From: Yuukianura sp. NJ FZ-2021
Taxonomy: Eukaryota
Assembly (NCBI GenBank): GCA_046563655.1
Contig: CM102285.1
Span: forward strand, 2,046,001-2,110,000
Direction of reading: 5' to 3'
DNA length: 64,000 nucleotides
This document shows, in pieces, positions 12,440-26,847 of this stretch (its first letter is position 1; the number at the start of each line of letters is the position of its first letter). The notes under the pieces are model-generated. The model made no database searches. It was not told the DNA's origin and saw only the letters and a program-made list of their open reading frames with translations. Position numbers and translations under genes: made by a program.

Positions 12440-13683
12440 TTTCAATTTAAAACTCCAAAAGGTGATGCTTTTGAGGAATGTAGATGCGAAGTTGTCTTTC
12501 TTATGTTTTGAGTGACAAAAACAAACGTTTATATACCAGTCTGCACTAATTTTAATGCGGGTAAATTTAAATACTAGACAGGTCATTTACAAACATTGGA
12601 GACTAATTAAAAGTAACAAAAGTCAGTTTGTCCTGTGCTCAACCGGTTACAAAGGACACTTCTAATGGAACAAAATTGCTCAAACGCAAGCAATTTCACT
12701 TATTAAATTCAATGCTTCCTAGCAAAAATAGTAGGAACCTTTTGTACGTCTTTTTCTTCACCGGATTATTTAACGCCGATGTATATTGAGTATGGTGTAC
12801 GAGCAGCTTTAGTCGGAATTTTCGTAATTATTTTATATGTGTAATACAATATATTAGGTGCAATCTGGATTAAGGGCGGAATAAAATAAAATAATAAACT
12901 TTGGACACGATATTTAACTTATTATTTAATTCCAAAATTCCATACCAAAATATTGTAATTTAAACTTGCGCTCACAAAAATTTTAGTTGAGCGTTTGCTT
13001 CGCAATTGTTGGTTTTTCGAATATAACGCCCCGCATGGCGCTCAAGAAGGTGACAAATAGATAATCTGAGGGTACAAAAAACTCCGTCCAGAATACTCCT
13101 ACTTTCTTGTGCATAAATCTGGTTAATTTACTTATTTGCAACCAATATTCTATGGAAAAGTACTCAAAGACGCAAGGACAGATCAAACACTTCTTAGAAG
13201 ATTTGAAGTTTGTGCATAAATAATAGATTCTGGTGTCATACTGTAGTTTATTTAGTAAGCCAAATCAATCACCTTCCGAGTTTTAAAAACTCTTAACAAT
13301 GATTAGTAATACCTCTTAAGTTAGGTCTTCACATAGCAGACGACATGGCTAGTGGTTTAAAAAATCTATTAATATATTGGACATGCTTTTAAGTTAAATA
13401 ACATATTCATAATGGCTGGTTTTAAAAGAGGTTTCAAGAAATCCATGAGGCATAATTTATATTGATGAAATTCCCACACATTTGGGCTATACAATTGTAA
13501 AAAAATTTAATGTTAGATTTTCAATACCAACCACAAAAAATGAAATTATGTTTGAGTTTGAACTTGAAAACTGAAACCAATATCTTACTGTCCACAAACA
13601 AATGTGAATTAGTATAATTAAAATTAAATTAGTATGTAACGACACAAACGTCAGTGTTGAGTAAACAATGCGAGTAACGTAAA

Positions 13684-15381
13684 CTATGTTTTCTGTTTCT
13701 TATTTCCGCCAAATCGAACCGGAATGTCCGCGAGATTTGCGTATTTGGATATTTCTGCCTGATGTTCATTTCGATCGTATCCTTGCACTAAGAAAGATTC
13801 TTTAGTTGACTCTGTCATTAGCGGTTGCATTACATTTACAACTGTGTCGAAAATTCGCGGAGCTGTAAAAATTAACCAATTAGATCATAGTTACAGAACT
13901 TAATAATGTATTTAATAAAAATTACAAATAAAGTTACCGTTGATGACCAGCATTCTACGATAGTTAAATGGATAATGAGCCTCATGATGGAGAACCCAGG
14001 TAATGTAGAATGGAATACCTAAGTAACAAAAAATCCAAGCAAATACTTGACACAAATTAGTAATTTAAATTAATAAAATAACACAACTTCCTCCCAATTA
14101 CCTATGAGTAATATGAGTACATACACACTAGGTTGTGAAATTACATATGTATGTACCCATTCACATGTAGTGTTATGTCTATTGCATGCATTTGTAACGT
14201 ATCTAATTAAACTAATGGAATGCTCGCTCATCCAACGTGATAAATTGCATTTTGCATCATAATTATAATGAAACATCAATATACTTACAACCTGTGCACA
14301 CATGCGTCTTCAACCCAAACGCTTGTATTTCGGTGATGAAAAATCCCGTTGGGTCTCCCGAATGGTTGTAACACAGTTGCGCCGATTTTTCTTCCAAGTA
14401 ATCCAAGCGAAGGTTGAGTTCAGATATGAGTTTTCCCTCGAGTAGCTTGCGGCGCAAATTCCAGTCGCCGAATGGAACCAGGGTAACTTTAAACAACATT
14501 AACTATTTGAGCAAAGTGTAAAATTACGTATAACCTATTACATTATATCATTACATAATTAATATAATAAATGTCATAAAATGACAATATTTGAAACAAA
14601 CACAATGATGTAGGAAATAGAAAACATTTTAGCGGTTTAAGCTTTACCTGGATTTCCGTATTTATCTTTTGCTGTATCGTAGTCAATCACATACTTTCTC
14701 TCAGTCTCAGGGTCAAACTTGTGATTCGGTAAGTTGTCGGCATTGACTTGCTTACGCCATTCCAGAGTCTGGTAATTACATACAATAAGTAAATGTAATT
14801 GGTAATATAATAATAATTATTATAATATAATAATATTATTTATTATACGAAAACCAAAAAGTCTTAAGCAGTTTTAGTCAATACTTCATAGAAAACACAA
14901 GATGCTTAATTTCATTTCCCGCTTACTTTTTCTAGGGCTTCTCGTGCTCTTCCATGATCAAATTTTTTTGCTGGAAGTATAGAAATAGGTTAAATGTTTT
15001 CTTAAATGTTCAACTTAAAAGTTCCAGTTTTATTTTCGAGTCGAAAGTGTTGAATTGTTTGCCTTTAAGCCATTTGATCAAATACGCATCTGACTTCATG
15101 TACTCCATCGTCAACTTCCCAGCTACAGCTTGTCTTAGCTACAGAGAACGTAAAGATTTTTATACAATTATACGTTTAACTATGATTTAAAATTAACTAA
15201 AATAATTCAGTTAAATGTTTGTCAAACCAGAGAACTATTAAAGGATATACTGAGAACTGACCCTGTCGATATCTGCTTTCTGCTTTGCTGTAAACACTGG
15301 TGGTTTTGCTTCAGTCACAATGACTACACCAAGGGAGAAAGTAAGTAAAAAAACGAATTCTAATTTGGAGATTGACCCCAT
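13684..15381 (-). CDS. CRAL-TRIO/SEC14-like lipid-binding protein with signal peptide, copy A (7 exons)
   Basis: Spliced translation gives DAYLIKWLKAKKFD (CRAL-TRIO N), TLEWRK, EAHYP, VINAPRIF, IPVRFGG. Confidence 0.88.
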
Positions 15382-16041
15382 ATCTTTATTTTAGGATTCT
15401 ATGCCTATCTTAAATTGATCAAAAGGTGTTAAGAATTCACTTTACAGTTTGATTAGAAGTGACCAAGAAATGTGTAATTTATAGCCAAGCATTATATGAA
15501 AATGTTTGTGAAATGATTTCACAAAATGGATTTCAGGAAGGTCAGGCTTTTATTCATTGACTTTGAAGAACAAAATTTGCAGGTTCTAAAAACTCGTTTA
15601 TTTACTCGGTCGTCGTTTCTAAGAAATAAGGCTTTGCTAAAAACAAAAGTTTCGTCAAACGGGTTTTATGATTGGAGTTACCTTCTTGCTACTTTGTTAA
15701 TATCTTTATAATTTAAATTTTAGGGTTTCGCAAGACTATATTTTTGAATGTGTAGGATTCTTCGAAAACGCTATGATAATTGCGAAAGCTAATAAAGCTA
15801 AACCGATTCAATGGAAACTTAATTCATATTATGTAAAATAAATCTGGAACAGCCAGATTTCAACATGTCAAAAAGGAAAAAATGGATTATGATTATTTTA
15901 CTAGATTTACTAGTATGGAATGGAAAACTTTTTCTTTTCTAAGTATTTTACTTTAGTTCGCTTTATCCTGACTCTTTGAATTAAACTTCCAAGCATTTTA
16001 ACTCTAAAGTGAGCATGACAAAAACAAATACACGACCTACC

Positions 16042-16290
16042 GCCCGAAATAAGCGACAATTCATGGGGGGAGCCTTGCTCCAGTAGCTATAGTCGACATA
16101 TTTATAATTGGTTTTAAACATCGCATTGAGTTAAATTGTGCTAAAATTATGTTACAATACGTTATGCAAGTATAAGTCAGTATGAATGTAGTAATTGAAC
16201 ACATTGGTTCAATTATTTCAGCATTATTTTGTTTACGATTTTCTTTCGGCTATGTTAATCCCTACATGAATTATTGCTTTTATTTCGGGC
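16042..16290. mobile_element. MITE-like element at the duplication breakpoint
   Basis: GCCCGAAATAA...AATTCATG is inverted as CATGAATT...TTATTTCGGGC. Confidence 0.45.
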
Positions 16291-16729
16291 AACATATCTC
16301 AATTTCCAAAGGTATATTCGAAAAAGTCGTAAGAGATAGTTTGTAGCCCAAGGGAATGCCTATCCAACGCCACTTTATTTACTTCAAATATCCCTTTGGA
16401 ACTCCCGGGAAAGCTCCTCAAATTTGAGCCCGAAATTCGGTTTTTTAGCTGTAACTCCGCCATTCTTCAACCGATTAGGCTGAAATTTGGAATTTAAGCA
16501 TTTTTTACACTACGGTCCAATTGAGAAAACCAAATAAAAGTTACAGAAACACCGAAGTCTCCGAATTTTGGTTTTTTTTCGTTTTTTTTTTTCAAAATTT
16601 TAAGCCTAATTATTTTTTTTTCGCTAATTTGGGTCACCAGTAGGTGTTGTGAATCTAAAACAACCAAAATCTCTGAAAAAAAAAGTTTGGCCAAAAAATA
16701 ATCCATTGGCCATAACGTGTCTCTGTTCG

Positions 16730-17326
16730 AAAGGATATGGCCCAAAACCCTATCAAAACGGTACCCGGTGCTATTCGAATGAAATTTTAACCAATTGTTA
16801 GAGTCAATATTGGGATCATATTTGCAAATTTGCAGCCCCCTGGAAACGATAGGTCACGGGTCACGGGGGGTCGAAGGTCACCATGTCATCCTATGACGAC
16901 CCCATGCAAGTAGCATATCGTTGGAACGGGCTTGACCTTCTGATTCAGAAAATGTATACATGTCAGTATATATGACGTAAGACAACGAAGTTATGGCGCC
17001 AAAAGTCCAATGATGTGAAATTCGGAAGCGGGCGGACTAGCGACTTCGAATTTCTAGCGCCATAACTTCGTTGTCTTACGTCATAGATATTGACATATAT
17101 ACATTTTCTGAATCATAAAATCAAGACCTTTCCAACGATATGCTACTTGCATGGGGTTGTCATAGGATGACATGGTGACCTTCGACCCCCCGTGACCCGT
17201 GACCTATCGTTTCTAGAGGGCTCAAAATTTGCAAATATGATCCCAATATTGACCCTAACAATTGGTTAAAATTTCATTCGAATAGCACCGGGTACCGTTT
17301 TGATGGGGTTTTGGGCCATATCCTTT
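16730..17326. repeat. Long palindrome: ~270-bp arms with a ~57-bp spacer
   Basis: 16730-16999 is the reverse complement of 17057-17326 with scattered mismatches. Confidence 0.95.
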
Positions 17327-17866
17327 TATACAACGAAATATGAAATGTTGAAAGCAGACAGAAACTACTTTTGTAAATTTAAATTTGAATTTTGAAGAGG
17401 ACAAAAACAAAAGAAAAATTCAGACCCACTCAAACTAAATTCAAAAACTTTTCTTCGAAATGGAATTAAATTGGATTTATGCAGTGGTTATCTATATGCT
17501 TACCTCTTATGTTAGGTCTTCACGTGGGAGACGACAAAGCTAGTGGTTTAAAAATCTGCTTAATATAGGACATGTTTGAATTGCTTTTAAGTTAAGTAAG
17601 TAAGTAACGTATACAAAATGGCTGGCTTTAAAAGAGGTCTCACGAAATCCACGAGGCATAATTTATATTGATGAAATGCCTACTCATTTGGGCCATCAAA
17701 CTGTTAAAAAACTTGAGTGTTAGATCTTAAAAATCAACACAAAATAAATTTATGTTTGAGTTTGAATTTGAAAAAATTAGACAAATATCTTTTTGTTCAG
17801 AAAAAAAAGGAATTAGTCTAGTACAATAAGATGTAACGACACAAACGTCAGTGTTGAGTAACTGAA

Positions 17867-19617
17867 CTATGTTTTTTGTTTTTTCGTTCCACCAAATCGA
17901 ACCGGAATGTCAGCGAGATTTGCGTATTTGGATATTTCTGCCTGATGATCATTTCGATCGTATCCTTGCACTAGGAAAGATTCTTTAGTTGACTCAGTCA
18001 TTAGCGGTTGCATTACATTTACAACTGTGTCGAAAATTCGTGGAGCTGTAAAATTTTAACTAATTACATCATAGTTACGGAACTGTATTTAATAAAATTT
18101 ACAAGTAAACTTACCGTTAATGACCAGTATTCTACGATAGTTAAACGGGTAATGAGTCTCATGGTGAATAACCCAGCTAATGTAGAATGGAATACCTAAG
18201 TAACAAAAAATCCATGCAAACACTTCAAACAAATTAGTAACACAAATTAATAAAATAACAAACATTGCTTGTAATAATAAATAATAACTTGTAATAATAG
18301 CTTGTAATAAATAACATGTATTTATACATGTATTTACACATGTAACAGAAGGGTAGTAGTGTGTCAGTTACATGTATTTGTTACGATGTAATTAAAATAA
18401 CGGAATGCCCGCTCATCCAACTTGGTAATTGCATCTTGCGTCATAATTATAATGAATATAATGACAATATACTTACATCCCGTGCACAAATGCGTCTTCA
18501 ACCCAAACGCTTGTATTTCGGCGATGAGAAATCCCGTTGAGTCTCCCGAATGGTTGTAACACAGTTGCGCCGATTTTTCTTCCATGTAATCCAAGCGAGG
18601 ATTGAGTTCAGATATGAGTTTTCCCTCGAGTAGCTTGCGGCGCAAATTCCAGTCGCCGAACGGAAGCAGGGTAACTTTAAACAACATTAACTATTTGAGC
18701 AAAGTGTAGTATTACATATAACAGATTGTCTTTATATAATTAAATAATTAATATAATAAATGTTATAAAATTACAATACTTGAAACAAACAGAATAATAA
18801 GGAAAAGAGAGAATTTTCATAGTTTAAGCTTTACCTGGACTTCCATATTTATCTTTTGACGTATCGTAGTCAACCACATACTTTCTCTCAGTCTCAGGGT
18901 CAAACTTGTGATTCGGTAAGTTGTCGGCATTGACTTGTTTACGCCATTCCAGAGTCTGGTAATTCCACACAAAAACTGAATGTATTTGGTAATATAATAG
19001 TAATAATGATAATATAATAATATTATTTATTATACAAAATCCAAAAAGTCTTAAGAAATTTTAGTCAATACTTCATAAAAAAAAATGCAAAGTGCTTAAA
19101 TTCATTTCCGGCTTACTTTTTCTAGGGCTTCTCGTGCTTTTCCATGATCAAATTTTTTTGCTGGAAGTATAAAATAAATTGCAAGTTTTCTTTACTTTTC
19201 AACTTAAAAGATACAGTTTATTCTCGACTCGAAAGTGTTGAATTGTTTGCCTTTAAGCCATTTGATCAAATAAGCATCTGACTTCATGTACTCCATCGTC
19301 AACTTCCGAGCTACAGCTTGTCTTAGCTACAGAGAAAAGATTTTTATGAAATTACACTGTCGGACTATAACTTAAAATTAACTAAAATAATAAAAACTAA
19401 TAATAAAATAATAAATAATAATAATATTTACTTAATTAACTAAAATTAAGTAAATATTTGTCAAACCAGGAAACAATTGAAAAATATTCTGAAAACTGAC
19501 CCTATCGATATCTGCTTTCTGCTTTGCTGTAAACACTGGTGGCTTTGCTTCTGTCACAATAACACCAATGGAAAAAGTAATTAAAAGAACGATTTCTAAT
19601 TTGGAGATTGACTCCAT
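17867..19617 (-). CDS. CRAL-TRIO/SEC14-like protein with signal peptide, copy B (7 exons)
   Basis: Paralog of copy A: MESISKLEIVLLITFSIGVIVTEA..., ESHYP, IPVRFGGTKKQKT*. Confidence 0.88.
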
Positions 19618-20889
19618 ATCGTTATTTTAGGATTCTATGCCTAACTTAAGTTGATCAAATATTTTAAGAATTCACTTTACAGTTTGATTAGAAGTAGCCA
19701 AGAAATGTGTAATTCATAGCCAAGCATTATATGAAAATGTTTGTCAAATGCTTTTACAAAATGGATTTCAGGAAGGTCAGGCTTTTGTTCATTGACTTTG
19801 AAGAACAAAATTTGCAGGTTCTGAAAACTCGTTTATTTACTCGGTCGTCGTTTCTAAGAAATAAGGCTTTGCTAAAAACAAAAGTTTCGTCAAACGGGTT
19901 TTATGATTGGAGTTACCTTCTTGCTTAATGTTTTTATAATTTAAATTTTAGGGTTTCGCAAGAATATATTTTTGAATATGCTTTTTGAAAAGTGATTGTG
20001 CTTTTTATTTTTGAAAGGATTCTTCGAAAACGCTATGATATATGCGAAAGCTAATAAAGCTAAACCGATTCAATGGAAACTTAATTCATATTATGTAAAA
20101 TAAATCTGGAACAGCCAGATTTCAACATATCAAAAAGTTGCACAATTGATTTCATTGTTGTGCCTCATTTAGTATAGAATGGAAGACTTTCTTTGTTCTA
20201 AATATTTGACTTTAATTCCCTTCTTCCTGACTCTTTGAATTAAACTTTCAAGCATTTTAACTCCAAAGTGAGCATGACAAAAACAAATACATTCAATGTG
20301 TATTTAATTAATGTAGATTATTGTTTTTGTTATTTTAGCTGCCAATGTCCAAGGAGAACAAGAAATTGTTATTAAAAGGTTCGAAATTTAGCTGAATGTG
20401 GAAAACTTTTGTTTGCTGTAGATTTGGAATAAACGGCGTGTTTGCGAAACAAGTTTTCTTGGTCCAGAATGACAAATAACGAATTTTTTCCCTAAGAAAA
20501 CCTCAAAGTTGGCAAAAGTGAAAGACGGGTTTACCAGTGTTACAGATCACTATATGCATTTTCGAAGTAGCGTGATATGCTTTAAGCTTTGCGTTTCAAT
20601 TTGTGCAATTGACCGAGGTCAACAACTTTTTATATGCTTATTCGACCCTAAATGGTGCAATTTAGTGGCTTCGCGATTTCCATTTTTAAATTAAATTGCG
20701 ACTGCAAAGGACGCCAAAAGTCACGAGGCCACTCAAAAACACATTAAAATAATTAAACACCTTAAACAAAAAATTTTTTTTAAAACGTGTTTAATTAGAT
20801 TTTTTTAGTGAATTCGTCCTTCCATTTTTCACTCAAACTTCAATCAAATCTTTCTCAACAGTATTTCACACCAAAATTTTGAGATTGAA

Positions 20890-23415
20890 ATGTTTCAGTG
20901 GATACTTTTGGTTTTGTTTCTTGTTTTAGTTTTCATAAAAATTCTATTTCGAAAGAATGATGAAAAATTTGCAAAGTATCCGCCTGGTAAGCTCGATACA
21001 AATAACATATAAATACATTGATAAAACATAGGCCTTGGTATTGTAGAATATTTTACACATATTAAGCACATATTTTACGAATAATAACTACCCAACATAT
21101 TCATGACGTGTTTGTTACAGGGCCACCCAGGTATCCTCTGATTGGTTCTCTGCTGTCAGTGTTGTGGGCAGACGCAAACGATCCATCAATGGCATTTCAC
21201 AAATTGAGCAAGAAATATGGACCAATCGTCGGTCTTCAAATGGGCGCAGTCCCAGTAGGTACGTTAATCAATTGTTTGTTTTTAATAAAAAAAAATTGTA
21301 AAAATGACCAAATACTTCCTTATTCTACGTTAAGAAACACACCCGTGTTAACATTTTTGATTACTTAATTAGTTATAATTTAAAACTTAAAAAAAGCTTT
21401 GTCAATTTGTAGTTGCAATTAATGGGAGTCAGATGTTAAGTCGCGTCGCCAACTCAGAAGATCTACTTACTCGTGTAGATGAAAGTGACATTTGGATCTT
21501 GGAGAAAACAAACTCCATTCCACTTGGTTTGTTTTCTTTAATTGTTATATCAAAATTATAAATTAATAGTATAACTAAAGTTAGTTTTGTTACTTTTGTA
21601 GGTTTGATATTCGTCCTTCCGGAACTTTGGACCAAGACTAGACAATATGCGATGAAAAATTTAAGGAAGTATGGTTTTACTGGACTAACTGAAACAAGTG
21701 ACTTCATTTTACAAGAAATTGTTGATATTTGTGATGAACTCAAAAGTCAAATGACGAATGGTCAAGTCACCTTGAGCTTAACAAATCAATTTGGTAAATT
21801 GTTTTTCAACATCACTTGGATGTTTCTCACTGGAAATCGTTACGGAAATGCCAAAACCGGTGAAAACATGCTTCAAATTGTACATGAGTACATTCGTGAC
21901 AGCAAGTTTACTGGAAGTATCGTTCAAATTTACCCTGCTCTCGTTCCGCTTTTTCCTGGGCTAACTGGGTTCAACAAACTCAAAGACTGTTGTGCTCGTT
22001 GGAGAAGCAACATAATCGTAATTTTGAAATCGCAATGTCAAAAAGAAATATCAACAAAAATGCCATTTTTGAATTAGGCGGCTATTGAGGAAGCTCGACA
22101 TGACGGAGGATATAAGACGAATCCCGGTAATTTTCTTGAAGACTTTCTTAAAAAGTTGGAAACTGAGAGAAAACCGAAGAATTTACAAGAAAGTGTATTC
22201 ACTGGTAGCTACAAAATATTACGGAAAAGGATTTCTTTTATTTGTTGGTACAGAATTTTATGATTTTTTTGTGTATAATTTGCAGAAGAAAATCTTGTTG
22301 CAATTTTTGAAGATTTTACTTTGGCTGGGATGGATACACAAGTAACTACTGTGAGATTTCTAATACGATTTTTAATGGAAAATCCCGACGTTCAAGATAA
22401 GTTGCATGAAGAAGTTGGCCGTGTCGTAGGAAATTCACGCCATGTGAACGTAGATGATATTGCAAAGTTCGTTACACTAACTCAAAAAATTAATCCAACC
22501 AAATTTCTACATCAATATAAGCAACTAATAAGAGCATTACTTTAAAATTAACCGTCTAATCAAAAATTTCAAAAATTTGAAACATGTAACACATTTTACT
22601 TATACATATTAGATTTATTAATGCCAATTTTTTCTCTCCAATTTAGCCTAAAATACGTCCAAGCTACTTTGGCGGAGGTGTTGCGGTAAGGCATTTGACT
22701 TTTCCCAATTACTTAATAACTTTAACTTTAACTTTTGAGAAAAAGTTAATTTTTTTTTGAAAATTTCTGTTAGACTTGGAAACATTGCTCCAGTCATTCC
22801 GCGTAAACTTTTGAAGGATTGGAGTATTGATGACTATGTAATTCCAAAGGTATGTTTTGTTTTGTCTTGCTATATTTCTGTTACCATTGAAAAATGCGCA
22901 GTTAACTTAATTTCAATCGAGTAGCACCCTAATTGTTATAATGCACGTACATAACTATTATTTTTTTATCATCTGAGGGAACGCTGGTAATCCTGAACAT
23001 TTGGAGTGGAGACAATGACGAAACTGTGCACAAAAATCCGACAAAATTTGATCCAAACAGATTTATATTAGAAGATGGTACTTTGATAGGGACTGAAAAA
23101 CTAGTTGCATTTGGATTTGGTATGTCAAAAATTTCAGTCTAGTCTCATCTAAACTGACCCTTGAACTCTTTGGGTTTAGCAGAATGTGTGACCTCTAAAT
23201 AATTCAGTTGCTTGTTTGTCATTATAGGAAAAAGGCGTTGCATTGGTGAACCTTTGGTTAGAACCTGGTTGACTCTTCTGACGACAGCTCTGGTTCAAAA
23301 TTTCAGTTTTCATGTTGACCCAAAATTCGGAACTTCCTGGGGAAAAGAAACAGTAGGACTGACGAGAGTCCCCGCTCCATACAACGTTATTATTAAAGCA
23401 CGAGATCATTCATAA
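20890..23415 (+). CDS. Cytochrome P450, CYP2 clan (CYP15/303/305-like), copy 1, multi-exon
   Basis: N-terminal TM anchor, PPGP hinge, WTKTR, AGMDT I-helix, EVLR, FDPNRF, heme motif FGFGKRRCIG across a splice junction. Confidence 0.93.
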
Positions 23416-24180
23416 AAGCTAACAAAACATTTGTTCACAACATTTGCAAGTAAAACTTTTTGTCCAAATTTACCATACAGATATTATTGTCCCAAATGTT
23501 GTAGTTTTATGCTGTTCAGAGAATCTGAAATAAACAACAATCTGAATAAAAAAAATTGAAAACCAAGGCTAATCCACTGTCAACTGGAAGTAAAGTGACT
23601 TCTTAACAAAAACTAGTTTTCTTTTCTTTCTTTGGAAGTTTCTTTTTCCTTGCAAAATAAAACAGGGTTGTCCATTGTATTTAGAAATCTTGTTTTGCAA
23701 TAGGTTTGATTTGTGGTGATGTCTTTTGCTTTTTGCAGTTTTAGTTGTTCAGTTAATCAACGTCGTAAAACACTATTAGCCTTTGAGTGGCCGCAAACAA
23801 AAACGCTCAGAAATAAGTAATTCGTTGAATTTTGCAACTGTGAAGGAAAAAGAGTGAAATAACCCGATTTGCAAAAATTCCTTCATAAGAATTTTTGCAA
23901 ATCGCGTCTTTTCAAATTTCAAATTTCAAGTTTCAAATTCTGAGTTAGGTTTCCCTTCAACTTGACATAAGTTTAAAATCGTTTCTATCGAAACAAAATA
24001 GGGGTGCACTTCTTTTGCTGGCTCTGACAGCATATGCATTTTTGGAATTGTGTTCAGTTTGCAATTTCAGTTTTTCTGAACTACATAACTGCAAACTAAA
24101 CTGTACTGTATTGTTAGGTGCCGTTTCAAAGTTTATTTTTGAATCTCAATTGTTTTAATTTGGAGAGTTCATAAATTGAA

Positions 24181-26847
24181 ATGTTTCTGTGGGCGTTTTT
24201 GGCTTTGTCCTTTGTTCTAATTTATATAAAAGCATTTGGAACAAAGCATAAAAAGTTTGCAAAGTATCCGCCTGGTAAGTTCGTCATCAGTGGATACAAT
24301 AATATTTTAATTCATGTTTTTTGATTTATATTAAAATTAAAACCAATTTAAACTAAATATTCATTGCAAAACTAATTAAAATTTTCGTTTGTGAAGGTCC
24401 TCCACGGTTTCCTATAGTTGGTTCTCTTCTATCAGTGTTGTGGGAAGACGCAAACAATCCATCCATGGCATTCCACAAACTCAGTAAAAAATATGGACCA
24501 ATCGTAGGTCTCCAAATGGGCGCAGTTCCAGTAGGTAAGCTAAACTTGTATTCGTGCTTCAATTAAAAATTAAATTAAAATTCTTATTTGTGAGTAGCCA
24601 AATCAAAAAGATCGTATATTTTTTTTACATTTTACGCTTAACTTTGATATATTCTTGTGTAGTGCTAGTTGAAATAGTCGAAACACTTTTATCAAAACGT
24701 AAAAAGACCAAGAAGTGAAAATGTCAACAATTACAAATAGTAGGTAAGGAACGGGTAGGGTAGTTTTTCATGTGTTTGATCTTTTCAATTTTTTACCAAA
24801 CCGTAGAATATGTTTGAACTTGTTCGCATTCTTTTTGTGCTTAATTTTAGTTGCAATAAACGGGAGTCAAATGCTAAGTCGCGTCGCAAATTCAGAAGAT
24901 CTGCTTTGCCGTGCAGATGAAAATGACAAATGGCTCTTGGAGAAAACAAACTCTCTTCAAATTGGTTGAACTACCACTCATTAATAATATTAATTGCGTA
25001 ATTATCATAATTTAGTACACGATATGACTTTTAGGTTTGCTATTCGGCCCGCCAGAATTTGCGATCAGAACACGGCAATTTGTGATGAAAAATTTGCGGA
25101 AATATGGCTTCAAGGGCGTAGCAGGGACGACTGATTTTATTTTGCAAGAAATTGTGGATGTTTGCAACGACATCAAGAGTCAAATGACGAATGGCCAAGT
25201 GACGTTGACCTCGACTGACCTATTTAGAAAAATCTTTTTCAACGTTGTTTGGATGTTTCTTACTGGAAATCGTTACGGGAGTGCCAAAACGCGTCAAACA
25301 GTTGTGGAAATTGTCCATGAGTACATGCGAGAGAGCAAAATCACTGGCAGTATCGTTCAAATCTACCCCGCTCTCATTCGAATTTTTCCTGGTCTAAGTG
25401 GATTCAATAGACTCAAAGACTGTTGTTGTCGCTGGAGAACCAGCTTAGCAGTAAGCGTGAAACAGGAAATCAAAAATACATAAGTAAATACCAAGCTCAA
25501 CTTTTTGAAATAGGGGGTCATTGACGAAGCTCGTCAAGACGGCGGGTACAAGACGAATCCTGGCAACTTTCTTGAAGAGTTTCTTCAAAAAGTAGAAACT
25601 GAAAGAAAGCCAAAAAATTTACAAGACAGCGTATTCACTGGTAATAAGAAAACAATACCAAAGTTACAATTTCATGGAAGAAACGTTTGTACAGCATATA
25701 AAGAAAGCTTTTTTTTTTAAATTTTGTTCAGAGGAAAATCTTATTGCACTTTGTCAGGAGTTTCCTATGGGTGGAATGGATACACAAGAAACTACTATGC
25801 GACTTCTAGTTCGATTTCTGATTGAATTTCCTCAAGTTCAAAACAAATTGCAAGAAGAAGTGGATCGAGTTGTTGGGAATTCACGTCTTGTTAACGTAGA
25901 GGACATTCCAAAGTAAGCTTGCTGATTGTGAAACAAAATACGTACCCTAACCAATAGTAATAATTACTATTGGTTAGGGTTAATTTATTAATTATTAATA
26001 AATTAACCCTAACCAGTAATTAATTCTTATTAATTTAATCAAACTAATTTTTGCTTTTACTCATTTTAGTCTGAAGTATGTACAAGCAACATTGGCGGAG
26101 GTTGTGCGGTAAGGCCGTTGGGTCTAGTTTTATTTCATTTTGGCGCAGTATGCGTTGTACTGTGGTGGCCAGTACGTCGCTTTAACCTGAATTACTGCAT
26201 ATCAAGTAAAGTTTTTATCTTGTTTTGTATTTTGCTAGACTCGGGAACCCTGCCCCATTGGTGCCGCGTAAACTTCTAAACGATTGGAAATTGGATGACT
26301 ACATAATTCCAAAAGTAAGGATAATAAAATATTTCTATTAAAAATACCTAACCTATATTGTAGTTCACATACATTTGTGTGTTATGGTTTTAGGGTACTA
26401 TGGTAGTCCTGAATATGTGGAGTGGAGACAATGACGAAACTGTGCACAAAAACCCAACAAAATTTGATCCAAACAGATTTTTATTGCAAGACGGAACTCT
26501 AATCGGGACAGAAAAGCTTGTTGGGTTCGGATTTGGTACGCTATTTTTTTTTTTGAAAATTTTAAAATATTCACATTTTTCTATTATCATAATCTATGCG
26601 GGATGAATACTGAAACATTTCAAAAATTTCCTTGTTTGGTGTCACAGGAAAGAGGCGTTGCATCGGTGAAAGTTTGATAAAAACATGGCTTACCCTCTTG
26701 ACAACCACTTTGATTCAAAATTTCAGTTTTCATGTCGATCCAAAATTTGGAACTAAATGGGGAAAAGATACTTTTGGACTGGCAAGAATTCCTGCTTCAT
26801 ACAACGTTATAATTAAAGAAAGACAACATTGTGCATCGAAGCCATAA
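24181..26847 (+). CDS. Cytochrome P450, CYP2 clan, copy 2, multi-exon
   Basis: Same exon structure; GGMDT, EVVR, FDPNRF, FGFGKRRCIG. Confidence 0.93.

Larger units (their letters stand above)
13311..20291. repeat. Tandem segmental duplication: ~13311-16032 and ~17502-20291, each carrying one CRAL-TRIO gene
   Basis: Near-identical exons and upstream and downstream non-coding sequence, e.g. atggatttcaggaaggtcaggc at 15526 and 19761. Confidence 0.9.

Noticed and set aside
15526-19928. Identical short ORF MDFRKVRLLF... in two places
   Set aside because: Lies in duplicated upstream DNA of the CRAL-TRIO genes; identity is explained by recent duplication and there is no coding signature
25944-25980. 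Perfect 17-bp stem hairpin in a P450 intron (similar 16-bp stem at 23865-23904)
   Set aside because: AT-rich and short; no evidence for a miRNA or terminator function
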